A stretch of 64,000 nucleotides of DNA from Eledone cirrhosa (taxonomy: Eukaryota): positions 97,154,001 through 97,218,000 of the forward strand of contig OZ024746.1 in the NCBI GenBank assembly GCA_964016885.1, written 5' to 3'. Position numbers and translations under genes: made by a program. The notes beneath the pieces were generated by a model, which was not told where the DNA came from, did no database searches, and saw nothing but the letters and a program-made list of their open reading frames with translations. This document shows positions 37,303-50,311 of the stretch, piece by piece. The stretch's first letter is position 1. Every line of letters starts with the position of its first letter.

Positions 37303-37577
37303 ATCATCTTGATCACCTTGACCGACTAGTCTGTTGGGTGTCCATTCAGCGCCGCTGGTCACAGCACGTCGTGCTGTTTTAGCCATAAGATAACACCACC
37401 CCACTGGCTGGGTGGGCAGGTTGGCACCTCTTCATCTCAATTCTACAGCTGAGCAAACTGGAGCAATGTGAAATAAAGTGTCTTGCTCAAGGACACAACA
37501 CATCACCCGGTCTGAGAATTGAACTCACAACCTTTCGATTGCAAGGCCAATGCTCTAACCACTAAGCCATGTGCCTT
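37303..37577 (-). mobile_element. tRNA-derived SINE with an alternative 3' tail
   Basis: Head and central domain as in 2755-3099, but the tail is ..gtgaccagcggcgctgaatggacacccaacagactagtcggtcaaggtgatcaagatgat. Confidence 0.75.
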
Positions 37578-37630
37578 CACATATATATATATATACATAC
37601 ACAAAATATATATATACACAATATATATAT

Positions 37631-37819
37631 AGGAAAAAGTATGACCCCGACGGCATAGCTGAAGCCGTTTCGACGGCTATTTCTGGACGGAAATAGCCGT
37701 CGAAACGGCTTGAGCTCTGCCGTCGGGGTCATACTTTTTCCTATTACCCACTCTACTACCCTAAGTATTGAGTACTCTGGTGCGTTATGGTCCATCTGGT
37801 TCCTTACCACAACTCCTTC

Positions 37820-37822
<3 letters not shown>
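37631..37822 (+). mobile_element. Hairpin-headed short element (family B variant)
   Basis: Near-perfect ~112-nt hairpin aggaaaaagtatgaccccgacggc..gccgtcggggtcatactttttcct plus the shared tail. Confidence 0.8.
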
Positions 37823-37866
<44 letters not shown>

Positions 37867-38080
37867 GACAGACTATCCCATTGTATTTCAACATATGTAG
37901 GTTCTTCATTTTTTATGGTTATGCCTTAAATGACACTTCAGTCAAATTGTTAATTTACACATAATGCCACATTTAGTGGAGTTCACAGGATTTTGAGTCC
38001 ATCTTCCATGCAAGCGTGGAAGATGGACGTTAAATGATGATGATGATGCTGATGATGATATATATATATACAATATATAT

Positions 38081-38150
<70 letters not shown>

Positions 38151-38681
38151 AAATATATATATATATACAATATATATATATACACATTATATATATATAT
38201 ACAATATAAATATGAATATATATATACACAATATATATATATATAAAATATAGACATATAATATAAATATATATATATATATTATAACTTTATATTTATA
38301 TTCACTAATATTCAGTGGCCATCTCCTATCTACGTTTATGATGTATGCACAGACTCAAAGAGATTCCATATTTATTTCCACACAGTATTAATTCTCATTG
38401 AACAAAAGCAAGAGTTATCACCTTGCGAACATGACTTTATGTTTTTTTTCCCCTATATAATTATGTCTGAATAGAGATCAACCCCTTGCCAATTTTATGA
38501 GATAATTGTAAACAAATATTATATCAAATATTAACTAACAAATTTCTGCTCAATGAGATTTCTAAAGAATATGTGTGTCCATAGGAGATATAAAGTCAGG
38601 CTAGACATACAGAATCTGTAACCTATATTCAGTATCAAGTGAGGCTATAAAACTTATTCATCTACATATGAATACACTTAT

Positions 38682-39195
38682 AATTGTTTCTACTTTTGGC
38701 ACAAGGCCAGCAATTAACCAGTACATTACTGGTACTTTATTTGATCGACCCCGTAAGGATGAAAGGCAAAGTTAACCTCGGTGGGATTTGAATTCAGATC
38801 ATTAAGGGACGTAACTATATTGGAAAGCATGGCGTCCGACTCTCTACCGATACTGCCAATTCATCGCTTATAATGTTATATATAAAGCAATAGTGTCATA
38901 GTTACATTACAGATGTAGGTTCAACATCCATTGGTGTGTAGCTTTTTTCTTTTTTTTAAATATTATTTAAATTAGGGTTGTGAATTGACAGTATTGGTAG
39001 AGCATCAGACATCATGCTTTGCAGCATAGAGTTACAGCCCTTTACATTCTGAGTTCAAATCCCGCCGAGGTTAACTGGGTCTTTCATCCTTACGGGGTCT
39101 ATAAAATAAAGTACCAGTAATGCACTGGGGTCGATTTAATCGATTTTCCCCTCCCCACAAATTGCAGGCCTTGAGCCTATAGTAGAAACAATTAT
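38682..39195. mobile_element. Two Nin-type SINEs in head-to-head orientation
   Basis: 38682-38868 on minus and about 38975-39195 on plus. Confidence 0.8.
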
Positions 39196-39670
39196 TTAAA
39201 ATAGATGACTAAGTGTATAAGCCTAGTGCTTAAAGTGTTGGACACACAATCATGAAATCATTGGTTCAATTCTCACACTGGATGATGCATGGTTTCCTTG
39301 AAGAAGGGACTTCATTTCATGTTGCTTCAGTTTACTCAGCTAAACATTTATATCAGTAATAGTTGCTTAATGCTAATGAAACTTAATGCTAATGAAATTG
39401 GCTTCATCCAACTCAAACAAGTATGGAAAATTGGATGAAAAACAAAAAAACAAAACAAACTTTTTACTGCTTTTATACAAGGAAATATTGTATTTACACA
39501 GTGTTCTAGTACAGCCATAGCCATCATGTTTAAATCATCGAAAAACCTATATCTACACTATGTTTGCTGAGCTCTTAAAAGGTTTACAGACCAAAGGTTA
39601 GGACAGCTCATATATATACTGTTCTTATTTTAATCCGAACTTCTTATGGGTTCCAACCATCAGAAATGTC

Positions 39671-39899
39671 TTAACCCTTTAGCATTTAAACTGGCTGTAT
39701 CTGGCCAGAATTTTCTCATCTCTTTCTGACCAAGCCAGCTGTAACTGGCCTCTCATACTGATGTTAAGGTATTGTTCTCAAAATAAATAACATCAAAATA
39801 TCATAGATTCAATATTATGTGAGATAATTACGTTAGGTAAAGCTTTTACAGTAAAAATACAATAGTAAATATAGAGTAATGTAAATGGTAAAGGGTTAA
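39671..39899 (+). mobile_element. piggyBac-type MITE
   Basis: TTAA-CCCTTTTAGCATTTA..TAAATGGTAAAGGG-TTAA. Confidence 0.85.
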
Positions 39900-41360
39900 C
39901 CTAAGTTATTTTATTGGTGGATCCTAACCTGATTGACTATGAAAGATCTAAATATGGCTGAAAACTGAAGATAAGCAATGCTATATCTCTGTACAGTACA
40001 TACAAGTAAACTTCTAATTCATACTTGAAATATATTTCTTATTTCATTTATTGCTAATAATTGTTTCTACTTTAGGCACAAGGCCTGCAATTACCCAGTT
40101 CATTACTGGTACTTTATTTTATCGACCCCGTAAGGATGAAAGGCAAAGTCAACCTCGGCAATTTATTGCTAATAATACCAGATATATTTATACATTCTTA
40201 TAAACCACATATAATTCAATTTTGCAACGAAGCCAAAATATAGTTGTTTGTTTTGCAGAAAGTTGTTTCATCTGAAACAGGATCAGTGAAAATATAACAT
40301 CTATGTTGCTATCTCTCAGTACAAATATATGTTTTACTATCATCTCCATTTGTCCAATACTATCTCTGCTATAAATCTTTATATAATATCATTAAAATGA
40401 TTGATACACTTTCTCTGTTCCTATCATAATTTCCTTTCAATTGCCTTTTCTTATATTCATCAATATTAGCTTTCCAGCTCAAAGATTAATTATGGTGGCT
40501 TGTATATTTTTGAAAATCGAATATAACAAACTTCAGTTTCCTGTTTGCAACATAAAGCATGTTTTGTATAGTACAATAATGCTTCATATACTACAAAATG
40601 CATTATATAACACAATAATACATTATGTAACACAATGAATATAAAATTACTTTCAACCTGTTTACATGATTTTCTATGTTACCATCAAATGAATGTTTCT
40701 ACAGATCTCTTTCAGCTGTGTGTTCTTGTTTAAATAAATATATTTGAATATGTAATAAAGTAACATTTGTCTTTGACAAATGTTACTGGGTGGAATAATA
40801 TATATACCTTGCATGAACACACAAAGCACATTAAACTTTGATTCAAAAATAATTCAGCTGTATCTAAAAGAAAAGTTATATCAAAAACGTTACACAGTAC
40901 TAAGGAGTAATTTCTTATTAAATGAAAAACAAAGGAGCTGATTGTCAAATCAGATCAAAGGAACTATGTTCACATTGGTTCCTCTATTGCTGATACTTTT
41001 TGCTAGTCAAACTCTTGGCAGTATCACTGCTTTTCCAGTGACAGGAGGTAGGAATTGATCTTAGAAGACACAGAGCCAAAACAAAACTTGCAACACATCC
41101 TGTTTAACTCTTTAATAGTTTCTTTAATCTACTACCCATAAAGTGGTACTATATTTATCAATCCCCAAAGGACAAAAGACAAAGTTGATCTCAATGAGAT
41201 TTGAACTCAGAGCTCAAATATCTGGAACATATACTGAGGCATTAACTTGAATACTTCAACGACTCTGTCAATTTGTCACTTATATTAAAAATGTCATATA
41301 TGATCAGATATGAATTTATATTTTCATATAATCATAGCAATACTTCTAGTACATAAAAGT

Positions 41361-41552
41361 TACCGTATTTCCTGGCATCAAAGACGCTCCTTTTTTTCCT
41401 AAAATAAATCTCAAAAATCTACCATGCGTTCTGGAGGCCAAATGTTTATTATTTTTTTTTTTTAAATGTTTTTTTTTTTTTCAAATTTTTGGTTGTCAAA
41501 ATTAGAGTTCATCTTCGAGGGTGAATTGTCTTCAGTGCCGAGAAATACTGTA
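41361..41552. mobile_element. Tc1/mariner (pogo/Tigger-type) MITE
   Basis: TA-CCGTATTTCCTGGCATCAAAGAC..GTCTTCAGTGCCGAGAAATACTG-TA imperfect TIRs with TA flanks. Confidence 0.7.
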
Positions 41553-41932
41553 CCTATTTAGAAATATATTATAGAGATTACCTTAAATTATAGTACTTAA
41601 TTATAGTACTTTTTCTGTGTTCATTTTGTTGCTCCTAGTTAAATCAATTTCTCCAGGAACTTTCAAGCTTTACAAGCTTGATTTCTCTTTTTTTTTCTCT
41701 TTCAAGGAAGAAAATTTCCTGAAAATAATTCTCTTTTACTTAAAGATACCTATATTAATTTTTCACCGAATATTTTATTCAAATTAAGATCTCAACATTT
41801 TGGTTGTATTATCAATTTAATATATATTTCTCTAATAATTTGGCTTTAGTGTTCCACAATTGTCTTCTCTTTTCTAAGTAAACCTACCATGTTCTAAATC
41901 AAAGTCTTTGAGACAAATCTCTAGCAGGTGTA

Positions 41933-42576
41933 ATCTTTCTAGAAAATAATTGTTTCTACATTAGGCACAAGGCAAGCAACTTGAAGAGGAGGGGAAAGTA
42001 GATAATATCGATCCCAGTAATTACTGGTGCTTTATTTTAATGACCCCATAAGGATGAAAGGCAAAGCTAACCTCGGTGGGATTTGAACTCAGAACATAAA
42101 GGGACGTAACTCTCTGCTGCGAAGCAGGGTGTCTGAAGCTCTACCAATACTACAAATCTTTCTAGAAAATAATTGTTTCTACTTTTTGGCACAAGGCCAA
42201 CAATTTTCCAGTACATTACTGGTACTTTATTTTATCGACCCCCGTAAGGATGAAAGGCAAAGTTAACCTCGGTGGGATTTGAACTCAGAATGGCAAGGGC
42301 CGTAACTCTATGCTTCAAAACATGGCGTCCGACCCTCTACCGATACCACCATCTTTCTAGAAAATAATTGTTTCTACTTTAGGCACAAGGCCAGCAATCA
42401 CCTAGTACATTACTGGTACTTTATTTTATCGACTCTGTAAAGATGAAAGGCAAAGTTAACCTCGACAGGATTTGAACTTAAACCGTAAAGGGACGTAACT
42501 ATGCTAGAAAGCATGGCGTCCAACCCTCTACTGATACTGCCAATTCACCGCCCTTTTCATCTTTCTAGAAAATAAT
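41933..42576 (-). mobile_element. Array of three Nin-type SINEs separated by a repeated target sequence
   Basis: atctttctagaaaataat occurs four times (about 41933, 42156, 42351, 42559) around three diverged SINE copies. Confidence 0.85.
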
Positions 42577-42800
42577 GTGAAATGATTTTGCAAGTTTATA
42601 TCATTTATTTATTCATGTAGACATAAATCTAATGCTTATAAGTTCAATTCTTTCTTCACTGTATGGAAAGATTGACAGAAAGATAGAAAATAGAGGGAAG
42701 AAATCTGGTGAAATGTCAAGTTTCAGAGCATGATTCCACAGAAATGGAAATATCTGATACTTTATTAAAGCCTTAAAAAATTTAAGGAATCATAATATAT

Positions 42801-43100
42801 AATTGTTTCTACTTTTGGCACAAGGCCAGCAATTATCCCAGTGTATTACTGGTACTTTATTTTATCGACCCCGTAATAATTGTTTCTACTTTTGGCACAA
42901 GGCCAGCAATTATCCCAGTGTATTACTGGTACTTTATTTTATCGACCCCGTAATAATTGTTTCTACTTTTGGCACAAGGCCAGCAATTATCCCAGTGTAT
43001 TACTGGTACTTTATTTTATCGACCCCGTAAAGATGAACGGCAAAGTTAACCTCGGAGAGATTTGAACTCAGACCGTAAAGGGCTGTAACTCTATGCTGGC
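42801..43100 (-). mobile_element. Nin-type SINE with its 3' 77 bp triplicated
   Basis: Three identical aattgtttctacttttggcacaagg..tcgaccccgta units. Confidence 0.85.
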
Positions 43101-43382
43101 AAGTTTGTATTGGTTAGAGATTTCTCATTTTGTTGTTAGGATATAGTAAAAATATTTTCAGTAAAAGTTAATAAGTACCCCAGCATGGCCTAACCCGAAT
43201 GGCTGGCACAAGTAAAAGAGTAAAAGAGTAAAAGAGTAAGAATATAAAAATGACTTGAAGAATTTAATAGCAAGAAAAGTAGTTTGGAAAGTTTTGAGTT
43301 ACTGATTCTTTTGACATAGTTGAAGAACTACAAGAGTAAGATTAAGATTGATCATGTTTTACTGTGGCAGGTAAAGCTTATT

Positions 43383-43472
43383 CACACCCACACACACATA
43401 GATACACAGATACAGATACACACACACACAGACACACAGACACACACATAGACACACACACACAGACACACA

Positions 43473-43520
<48 letters not shown>

Positions 43521-44085
43521 GAGACACACACACACACACACACACACATACACACACAAAAACATACAGACACAGATACACACACACTCACAAATACACA
43601 CACACAGACACACGCACACAGATACACACACAAACAAACACAAAAACACACACAGACGCACACACACCCACACTCACACAAACACAAAGACACACAGATA
43701 CACACAGACAGATACATACACACAGATACAGACACACACACACTCACAGATACACACACACAAACAGACACTCACAGATACACACACACACACTCACATA
43801 TACAGACACACACAATCACAAACACACAAACACAGACACAAAAACACAAACACACATACAGATACACACTTACACACTTACACAGATACAGACACACACA
43901 CACAAACACAAACACACAATCACAAACACAAACACACACATACACTCACACAAACACAAAAACACACACAGACACACACACACACACACATACACACACT
44001 CACACAAACACAAACACACACACAAACAAAAACAAACACAGAAACACACAGAAAAGTTTATTTACACACAAACATAGACAGACAT
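43383..44085. repeat. Degenerate (CA)n-rich tract
   Basis: Directly visible. Confidence 0.9.
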
Positions 44086-44579
44086 GATTTTTAAAATTTG
44101 AACACAGAAGTAAAGAGACTTTTTAAAATCTACTTAGAGGTGAATTTAGTGAGATAATGATTTTATTTCATGTTAATGTTTCCATTGAAGGGAACAGATT
44201 AAATTATTTGATGGCATTGAGGATTCTTTCTAGAACTACTACTACTACTGCTACTACTACTAGTAGTAGTAGTAGTAACAACTAAAGTGTAATGAATTTC
44301 ATCAATTATATTTGCTAAAACATTTGGAGTGAATTCAGTGATAACAAACAACATTCATAATATATTGAGAATTATCAGTTTTACAACATATTCCAACGAT
44401 TTGACTATAAAATATGAATTTATTAATATATAATAAGACAGCAGACAATTTCTAAAGGTTGAAGGTGAAATTTATAGACTTAGATAGATATAAACAGATG
44501 CTATTATGAATGAAAGCTTTTAAATGTTGGATTAAGTATATTTGTTGAAAATTATACAGATTACATACATATATATATA

Positions 44580-45030
44580 TCATCATCATTATCATTATCA
44601 CCGTTTTACGTCCGTTCTTCCATGCTAGCATGGGTTAGACGGGTTGTCCTGTTGTGGGCAGTGTCTGGTCGGCTGACCTTGTCTTGCTCATAAGGGAACT
44701 GATTCTGGCTTGATTTCTACAGCTGGATGCCCTTCCTAACACCAACCTCATTTATAGTGAGGGCTGGGTGCTTTTTTTTTTTCGTGGGGCCTACACGTCC
44801 ACTTTACAGTGTGGGCTGAGTGCCTTTTTGCTGTGGCACCTCCACGACCACTTTGCAGTGGAATGATAGGGACCCCAGTCCCTATCATCTCATTTCTACA
44901 GCTGAGTAAACTGGAGCAATGTGAGATAAAGTGTCTTGTTCAAGGAAACAACACATCAGCCGGTCCAAGAATTGAACTCATAACCTTTCGATTGCAAGCC
45001 CAATGCTCAAACCACTAAGCCATGCGGCTT
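44580..45030 (-). mobile_element. tRNA-derived SINE with a long RTE-derived 3' part
   Basis: Head as in 2755-3099. The 3' ~270 nt match the 3'UTR of the neighbouring RTE (45328-45595). Confidence 0.85.
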
Positions 45031-45327
45031 CAATATATATATATATGTATATATGTATGTATGTGTGTATGTATGTGTGTATGTATGTATGTTTAAAACG
45101 ACAAGAGAAGGCCGTACTGAAAGATATGTTGTAAACTCTAATTCCGTGAAATCACTATACATATTTCAATGGCCCAACTCTATATATATATGTGTATATA
45201 TATATAGTAATAATAATAAATTTGAAGACTAAAATCCAAAGAGGGCTCGATAAGGATAAATATATATACCCGTTAAGGGTGAAAGCAGCGTTTCTTTGCT
45301 TAAACTTTAATCTGTTATTTTAATAAA

Positions 45328-47657
45328 TCATCATCATCATCATCATCATCACCGTTTTACGTCCGTTCTTCCACGCTAGCATGGGTTAGACGGGTTGTCT
45401 TGTTGTGGGCAGTGTCTGGTCGGCTGACTTTGCCTTGCTCATACAGGAACTGATCTGGCTTGATTTCTACAGCTGGATGCCCTTCCTAACACCAACCTCA
45501 TTTACAGTGAGTGCTGGGTGCTTTTTCGTGGCGCCTACACGTCCACTTTACAGTGTGGGCTGGGTGCTTTTTTGCCGTGGCACCTCCACGACCACCTTGC
45601 GGTGGGGGGTGTGGGGGCATATTGTTTATATGCTTCAGCTTGTACCCATGGGAGGTTGGGTACTCTGTATTACTGCATGACGCCAGAAGTCACGGTCGTG
45701 TGTCATTGTCTTTGAGAGGTGTAATTGGGTAAGGTCGGCTTTTATCACCTCATCCCAGGTCATCTTGGGTCTCCCCACTCCGCGGTTTCCATCAACTTCT
45801 AGTGCTCTGCACCTTTTTATGCAGCTGTCATCCTTCATACGCATCACATGTCCATACCAGCGCAACCGCCTCTCCTGCACACAGCATTTGATTCCTCTTA
45901 TGCTCAGTCTCTCTCTCAATTCATTTATGCTTTGTCGTTCACGTATATTACTGTTACACATCCATCGGAGCATGCAGGCTTCGTTTCTCTCTAATCTACG
46001 TAAATCTTCCACCTTCAGTGCCCAGGTCTCACTACCATGCAACATCGCTGTTCGGATACACGCATCATACAGTCTGCCTTTCATTCTGAGGGAGAAGCCT
46101 TTTGCAGCTAGCAGTGGTAGTAGTTCCCTAAACTTCTTCCATCCCGTTCTTACCCTAGTTATTGTACTTTCTGAACACCCACCTCCGTTGCTAATTCGGT
46201 CACCTAGGTAGCAGAAGCTGTCTACTGTTTCTACAGGGCCCTCCCAGAGATTGGTGGTACTTGTTTCCTGTGGCTGTTTGCTGCTTGCTGTTTCAGCACA
46301 GCTGCTGCATGTGAATCCTACATTCTTAATTAAGCTTCCTGAGATCCCGCTACATCTCTTGTGTACCCATTGTTTGCATTTGGGGCAGAGAATGGAGTTC
46401 CTACCTACACCTTTCCTACATACTGAGCAAGGCCATTTCCCTGAGGGGATCTGGGTTATGTTTTCTCGTCTACTTACAAGGACCTTAGTCTTTGTCATGT
46501 TGACTTTGAGACCCTTTCTTTCTAGTCCCTGCTTCCAGGTTTGGAATTTATTCTCTAGTTCTACCATAGATTCAGCTATGAGTGCGAGGTCATCAGCATA
46601 TAGGAGTTCCCATGGGCATCCGGTCTTAAACTCCTCCGTTATTGCCTGCAGGACTATGATGAACAGGAGAGGGCTAAGAACAGAGCCCTGGTGGACCCCA
46701 ACCTGTACGCTAAATTCCTCGCTATACTCATTGCTAATCCTAACTTTGCTGACTGCTCCCCTATACATGGCTTGTACCGCTTTCACAAGCCATTCATCTA
46801 CTCCTAGTTTTCTAAGAGCCCACCAGATTACAACACGTGGAACTCTGTCAAAGGCTTTCTCAAGGTCGACAAATGCCAAGGCTTACTTTTAGCTAGGTAC
46901 TTTTCCTGTAATTTCCTCACAAGGAAGAGGGCATCAGTGGTGCCCCTTCCTGGTACAAACCCAAATTGCATCTCATCTATTTTCACCCAGTCCCTAATCA
47001 GCTGTGTTATAACTCTTTCTGTTACTTTCATGACCTGGTCCATCAACTTTATACCTCTATAGTTTCCTCTATCTAGTGCATCGCCTTTACCTTTGTAGCA
47101 GTTGACAATGATGCTACTGAACCAATCTTTTGGTATGGCCCCTTCTAGTATTACCTGGTTAACGATACGTGTGGTTATAGTGTGACCTACAGACCCAGTT
47201 GCCTTCAGCATCTCGGCAGCTATACCCGATGGACCGGTTGCCTTCCCCATCTTCATATCTTTGATTGCCTTACTTACTACGCTGCTGCTGACTTGTACTG
47301 CTGGTCCCTCTATAGGGTCTACTTGGGGTAGGGTCTCTTCTTCCCATGCATTCTCCTCATTTAGTAATCTATCATAATGACTCTTCCATGCATCTTTCTT
47401 CTCAGCACTTGTGAGGGCAAGCTCACCTTTATCATTCCGGATACACTTCTCTCCAATGACATCACAACTATCTCTGACACACTGCCTCGCAATCTTGAAT
47501 ACCTCCTGTTTCTGGTCCTCACGTTGTAAAACATGCTTGAATTTTCTATCCTCTGCTTCCCTCCTAGCTAAGTATACTTGTCGCCTAGCTTCCCTCTTGG
47601 TCTCTATGTAATGTACCCTGCTCCCCCCGTTCTTCCATTCTTTCCATGCCTGTCTCT
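45328..47657 (-). mobile_element. 5'-truncated RTE-clade LINE, ~2.3 kb, with complete RT domain and one frameshift
   Basis: GKATGPSGIAAEMLK..YKGKGD..NYRGIKL..QFGFVPGRGTTDA / AFVDLEKAFDRV..GVHQGSVLSPLLF..LLYADD..PHD-like finger..RLRWYGHVMR. 3'UTR and (ATG)n tail; frameshift near 46880; 5' break at (TA)n. Confidence 0.97.
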
Positions 47658-47859
47658 ATATATATATATATACTCCCAGAACTGAGGTCAACACCACTAC
47701 CAACAACATAGCAAAGAAAATAATGAGTTCACTTTCATACTACATAGAAAACATTTGAGGATCATTATGTCTTTGTATTTATTAATCATCTGTATAGAAG
47801 ATAGATTGACTTTACAGTAATATAACAATATAACATTAGATAACATAAACGATTCTTAG

Positions 47860-48350
47860 TTCAGGCAGCATATAATTACGGCCCTTTACGTTCTTGATTC
47901 AAATCGCACCGAGGTTAATTTTACCTTTCATCTTTAGGGGAATGATAAAATAAAGTACCAGTAACACATTGTGATCGATCTAATTGACTTCCCCTCCCCC
48001 AAAATTGCTGGTCTTTTGCCAAAATCAGAAACCATTATTAGGCTAGTGGATTGGTAGAATTGGTAGAGCGTTGGACAACATGATTTGTGGCATATAGCTA
48101 CAGCTCTTTACGTTCTGAGTTCAAATCCCAATGAGGTTAGCTTTGCCTTTTTTCCTTACGGGGTTTGATAAAATAAAGTACCAGTAACACATTGGAGTTG
48201 ATTTAATCGACTTTCCTCTCACCCAAAATTGCTGGTCTTGTGCCGAAATCAGAAAGTATTATTACAATTATTATTATTCGGTGGATTGGCAGTATCGGTA
48301 GAGGGTCGGACACCATGCTTTGCAGCATAGAGTTACGGCCCTTTACGGTA
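47860..48350 (+). mobile_element. Cluster of Nin-type SINE copies and fragments
   Basis: Repeated gtggattgg(c/t)ag..gagttcaaatcc..aaataaagtaccag..aattgctggtctt. Confidence 0.8.
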
Positions 48351-48668
48351 TTATTACTATTATTATCATTATTATTATTAACTTGAGCCTACATCAGAAA
48401 GAAGTGAAGGAAACTTTTAAAAGCTATAAATTTTACATTCAAATGTTAAAATCTAATATTAGGAAACATTTAAAAGGAGAAACAAATGGAAATATCAGCT
48501 GTTCCAGCAAAATCCTTGCTGACATCACTTTGAATAATTGATAAGAATTTCTGAATCGAGTAATTACTAAGACACATGAGATGTTCTGTTGAACTTAGAG
48601 CCAATACTACTTTCTGGAGTTCCTCCAAATATCAGTTGCTCTCCGACAGGTTTGCAGTTGAGCCCAAA

Positions 48669-49340
48669 GCAGTGGAGAGTTCTGGTGTCCTTGGCCCTAG
48701 GACCACCTCCCTACTCACCACCATCAGTACTCTGTAGCAGTGGAGAGTTCTGGTGTCCTTGGCCCTAGGACCACCTCCCTACTCACCACCATCAGTACTC
48801 TGTAGCAGTGGAGAGTTCTGGTGTCCTTGGCCCTAGGACCACCTCCCTACTCACCACCATCAGTACTCTGTAGCAGTGGAGACTTCTGGTGTCCTTGGCC
48901 CTAGGACCACCTCCCTACTCACCACCATCAGTACTCTGTAGCAGTGGAGACTTCTGGCGTCCTTGGCCCTAGGACCACCTCCCTACTCACCACCATCAGT
49001 ACTCTGTAGCAGTGGAGACTTCTGGTGTCCTTGGCCCTAGGACCACCTCCCTACTCACCACCATCAGTACTCTGTAGCAGTGGAGACTTCTGGTGTCCTT
49101 GCCCCTAGGACCACCTCCCTACTCACCACCATCAGTACTCTGTAGCAGTGGAGACTTCTGGTGTCCTTGGCCCTAGGACCACCTCCCTACTCACCACCAT
49201 CAGTACTCTGTAGCAGTGGAGACTTCTGGTGTCCTTGCCCCTAGGACCACCTCCCTACTCACCACCATCAGTACTCTGTAGCAGTGGAGACTTCTGGTGT
49301 CCTTGGCCCTAGGACCACCTCCCTACTCACCACTATCAGC
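48669..49340. repeat. 68-bp GC-rich tandem repeat, ~10 copies
   Basis: gcagtggaga(g/c)ttctggtgtccttggccctaggaccacctccctactcaccaccatcagtactctgta with period 68. Confidence 0.97.
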
Positions 49341-49617
49341 ACGGAGTTGGCTACCCACAGGTGTGAGCCTTGCTAGCTAGAATGGCTCTTCGAACGCATC
49401 TCCCTCATCATCCTCTGGGGAAACACCTCTATTCTGTCCATCAGCGGTGCCAGGCGGCCAGCGCATAGGTCTCAGTTTGCTCATAATAAGAGCTAGGGCG
49501 AGCAGGCGAGATGGAGGCAGGGACGGTAGGAGTTTGTTCCATTGTGTTCAGACTTGGTGTATATGTATATATTTATTTACCACACCTTTTCTTTCTATAT
49601 TATAATTTTTTCCTTTT

Positions 49618-49846
49618 AGGGTGGTTGATTAGCAGTATCTGTTGAGCATCTGACAATATGCTTTATGGAATAGGATTACGTCCCTTTATGATCTGAGTTC
49701 AAATCCCGACGAGGTTAGCTTTGCCTTTCATCCTTATGGGGTTGATAGAATAAAGTACCAGTAATACACTGGGGTCGATTTAATCTACCCCCCCCCCCCC
49801 CTCCCCTTCAAATTGCTGGCTTTGTGCCTAAAGTGGAAATAATTAT
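49618..49846 (+). mobile_element. Nin-type SINE
   Basis: B-box gagttcaaatcc and core gaggttagctttgcctttcatcctt..aaagtaccag. Confidence 0.8.
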
Positions 49847-50267
49847 CATTTTTTCCTTCATTCTAGAAAAGGTTGCTGAATTTTGGAAAAAAACAAACAA
49901 ACCATAGTTTAAAATGTTCTTAAAACTATTTGCATACACAACTATAACTCTTCCCCTCCACCACCATCTACCATACTTATTGTCATCATCATCATAATCA
50001 GTTTAATGTTATTTAGGTAAAAACAAAAACAAAAAAATATTAGCTCTGCCGCATAACAACAAAAGCTCATCTATGGATCATATTTTGTTTTATTTCATGT
50101 ATGCGTATTTATACATATGCACATGCCTACATACATACATATATATATATTAGAACAATATAAACATACATATATATATGCATGCATATATGTATGTATG
50201 CATGCAAGCATGTACATATGTAAGTACATATGTATGTACGTCCATACGTATGTATGTCTGTACATAC

Positions 50268-50298
<31 letters not shown>

Positions 50299-50311
50299 TT
50301 TGTGTGTACAT

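Noticed and set aside
43359-44077. His/Thr-rich and Cys/Val-rich ORFs, and the many YI-repeat ORFs
   Set aside because: Translations of (CA)n, (TG)n, (TA)n and (CATA)n microsatellites.
45765-46892. Plus-strand ORFs overlapping the RTE (also 1531-2592)
   Set aside because: Antisense shadows of the LINE reading frame.
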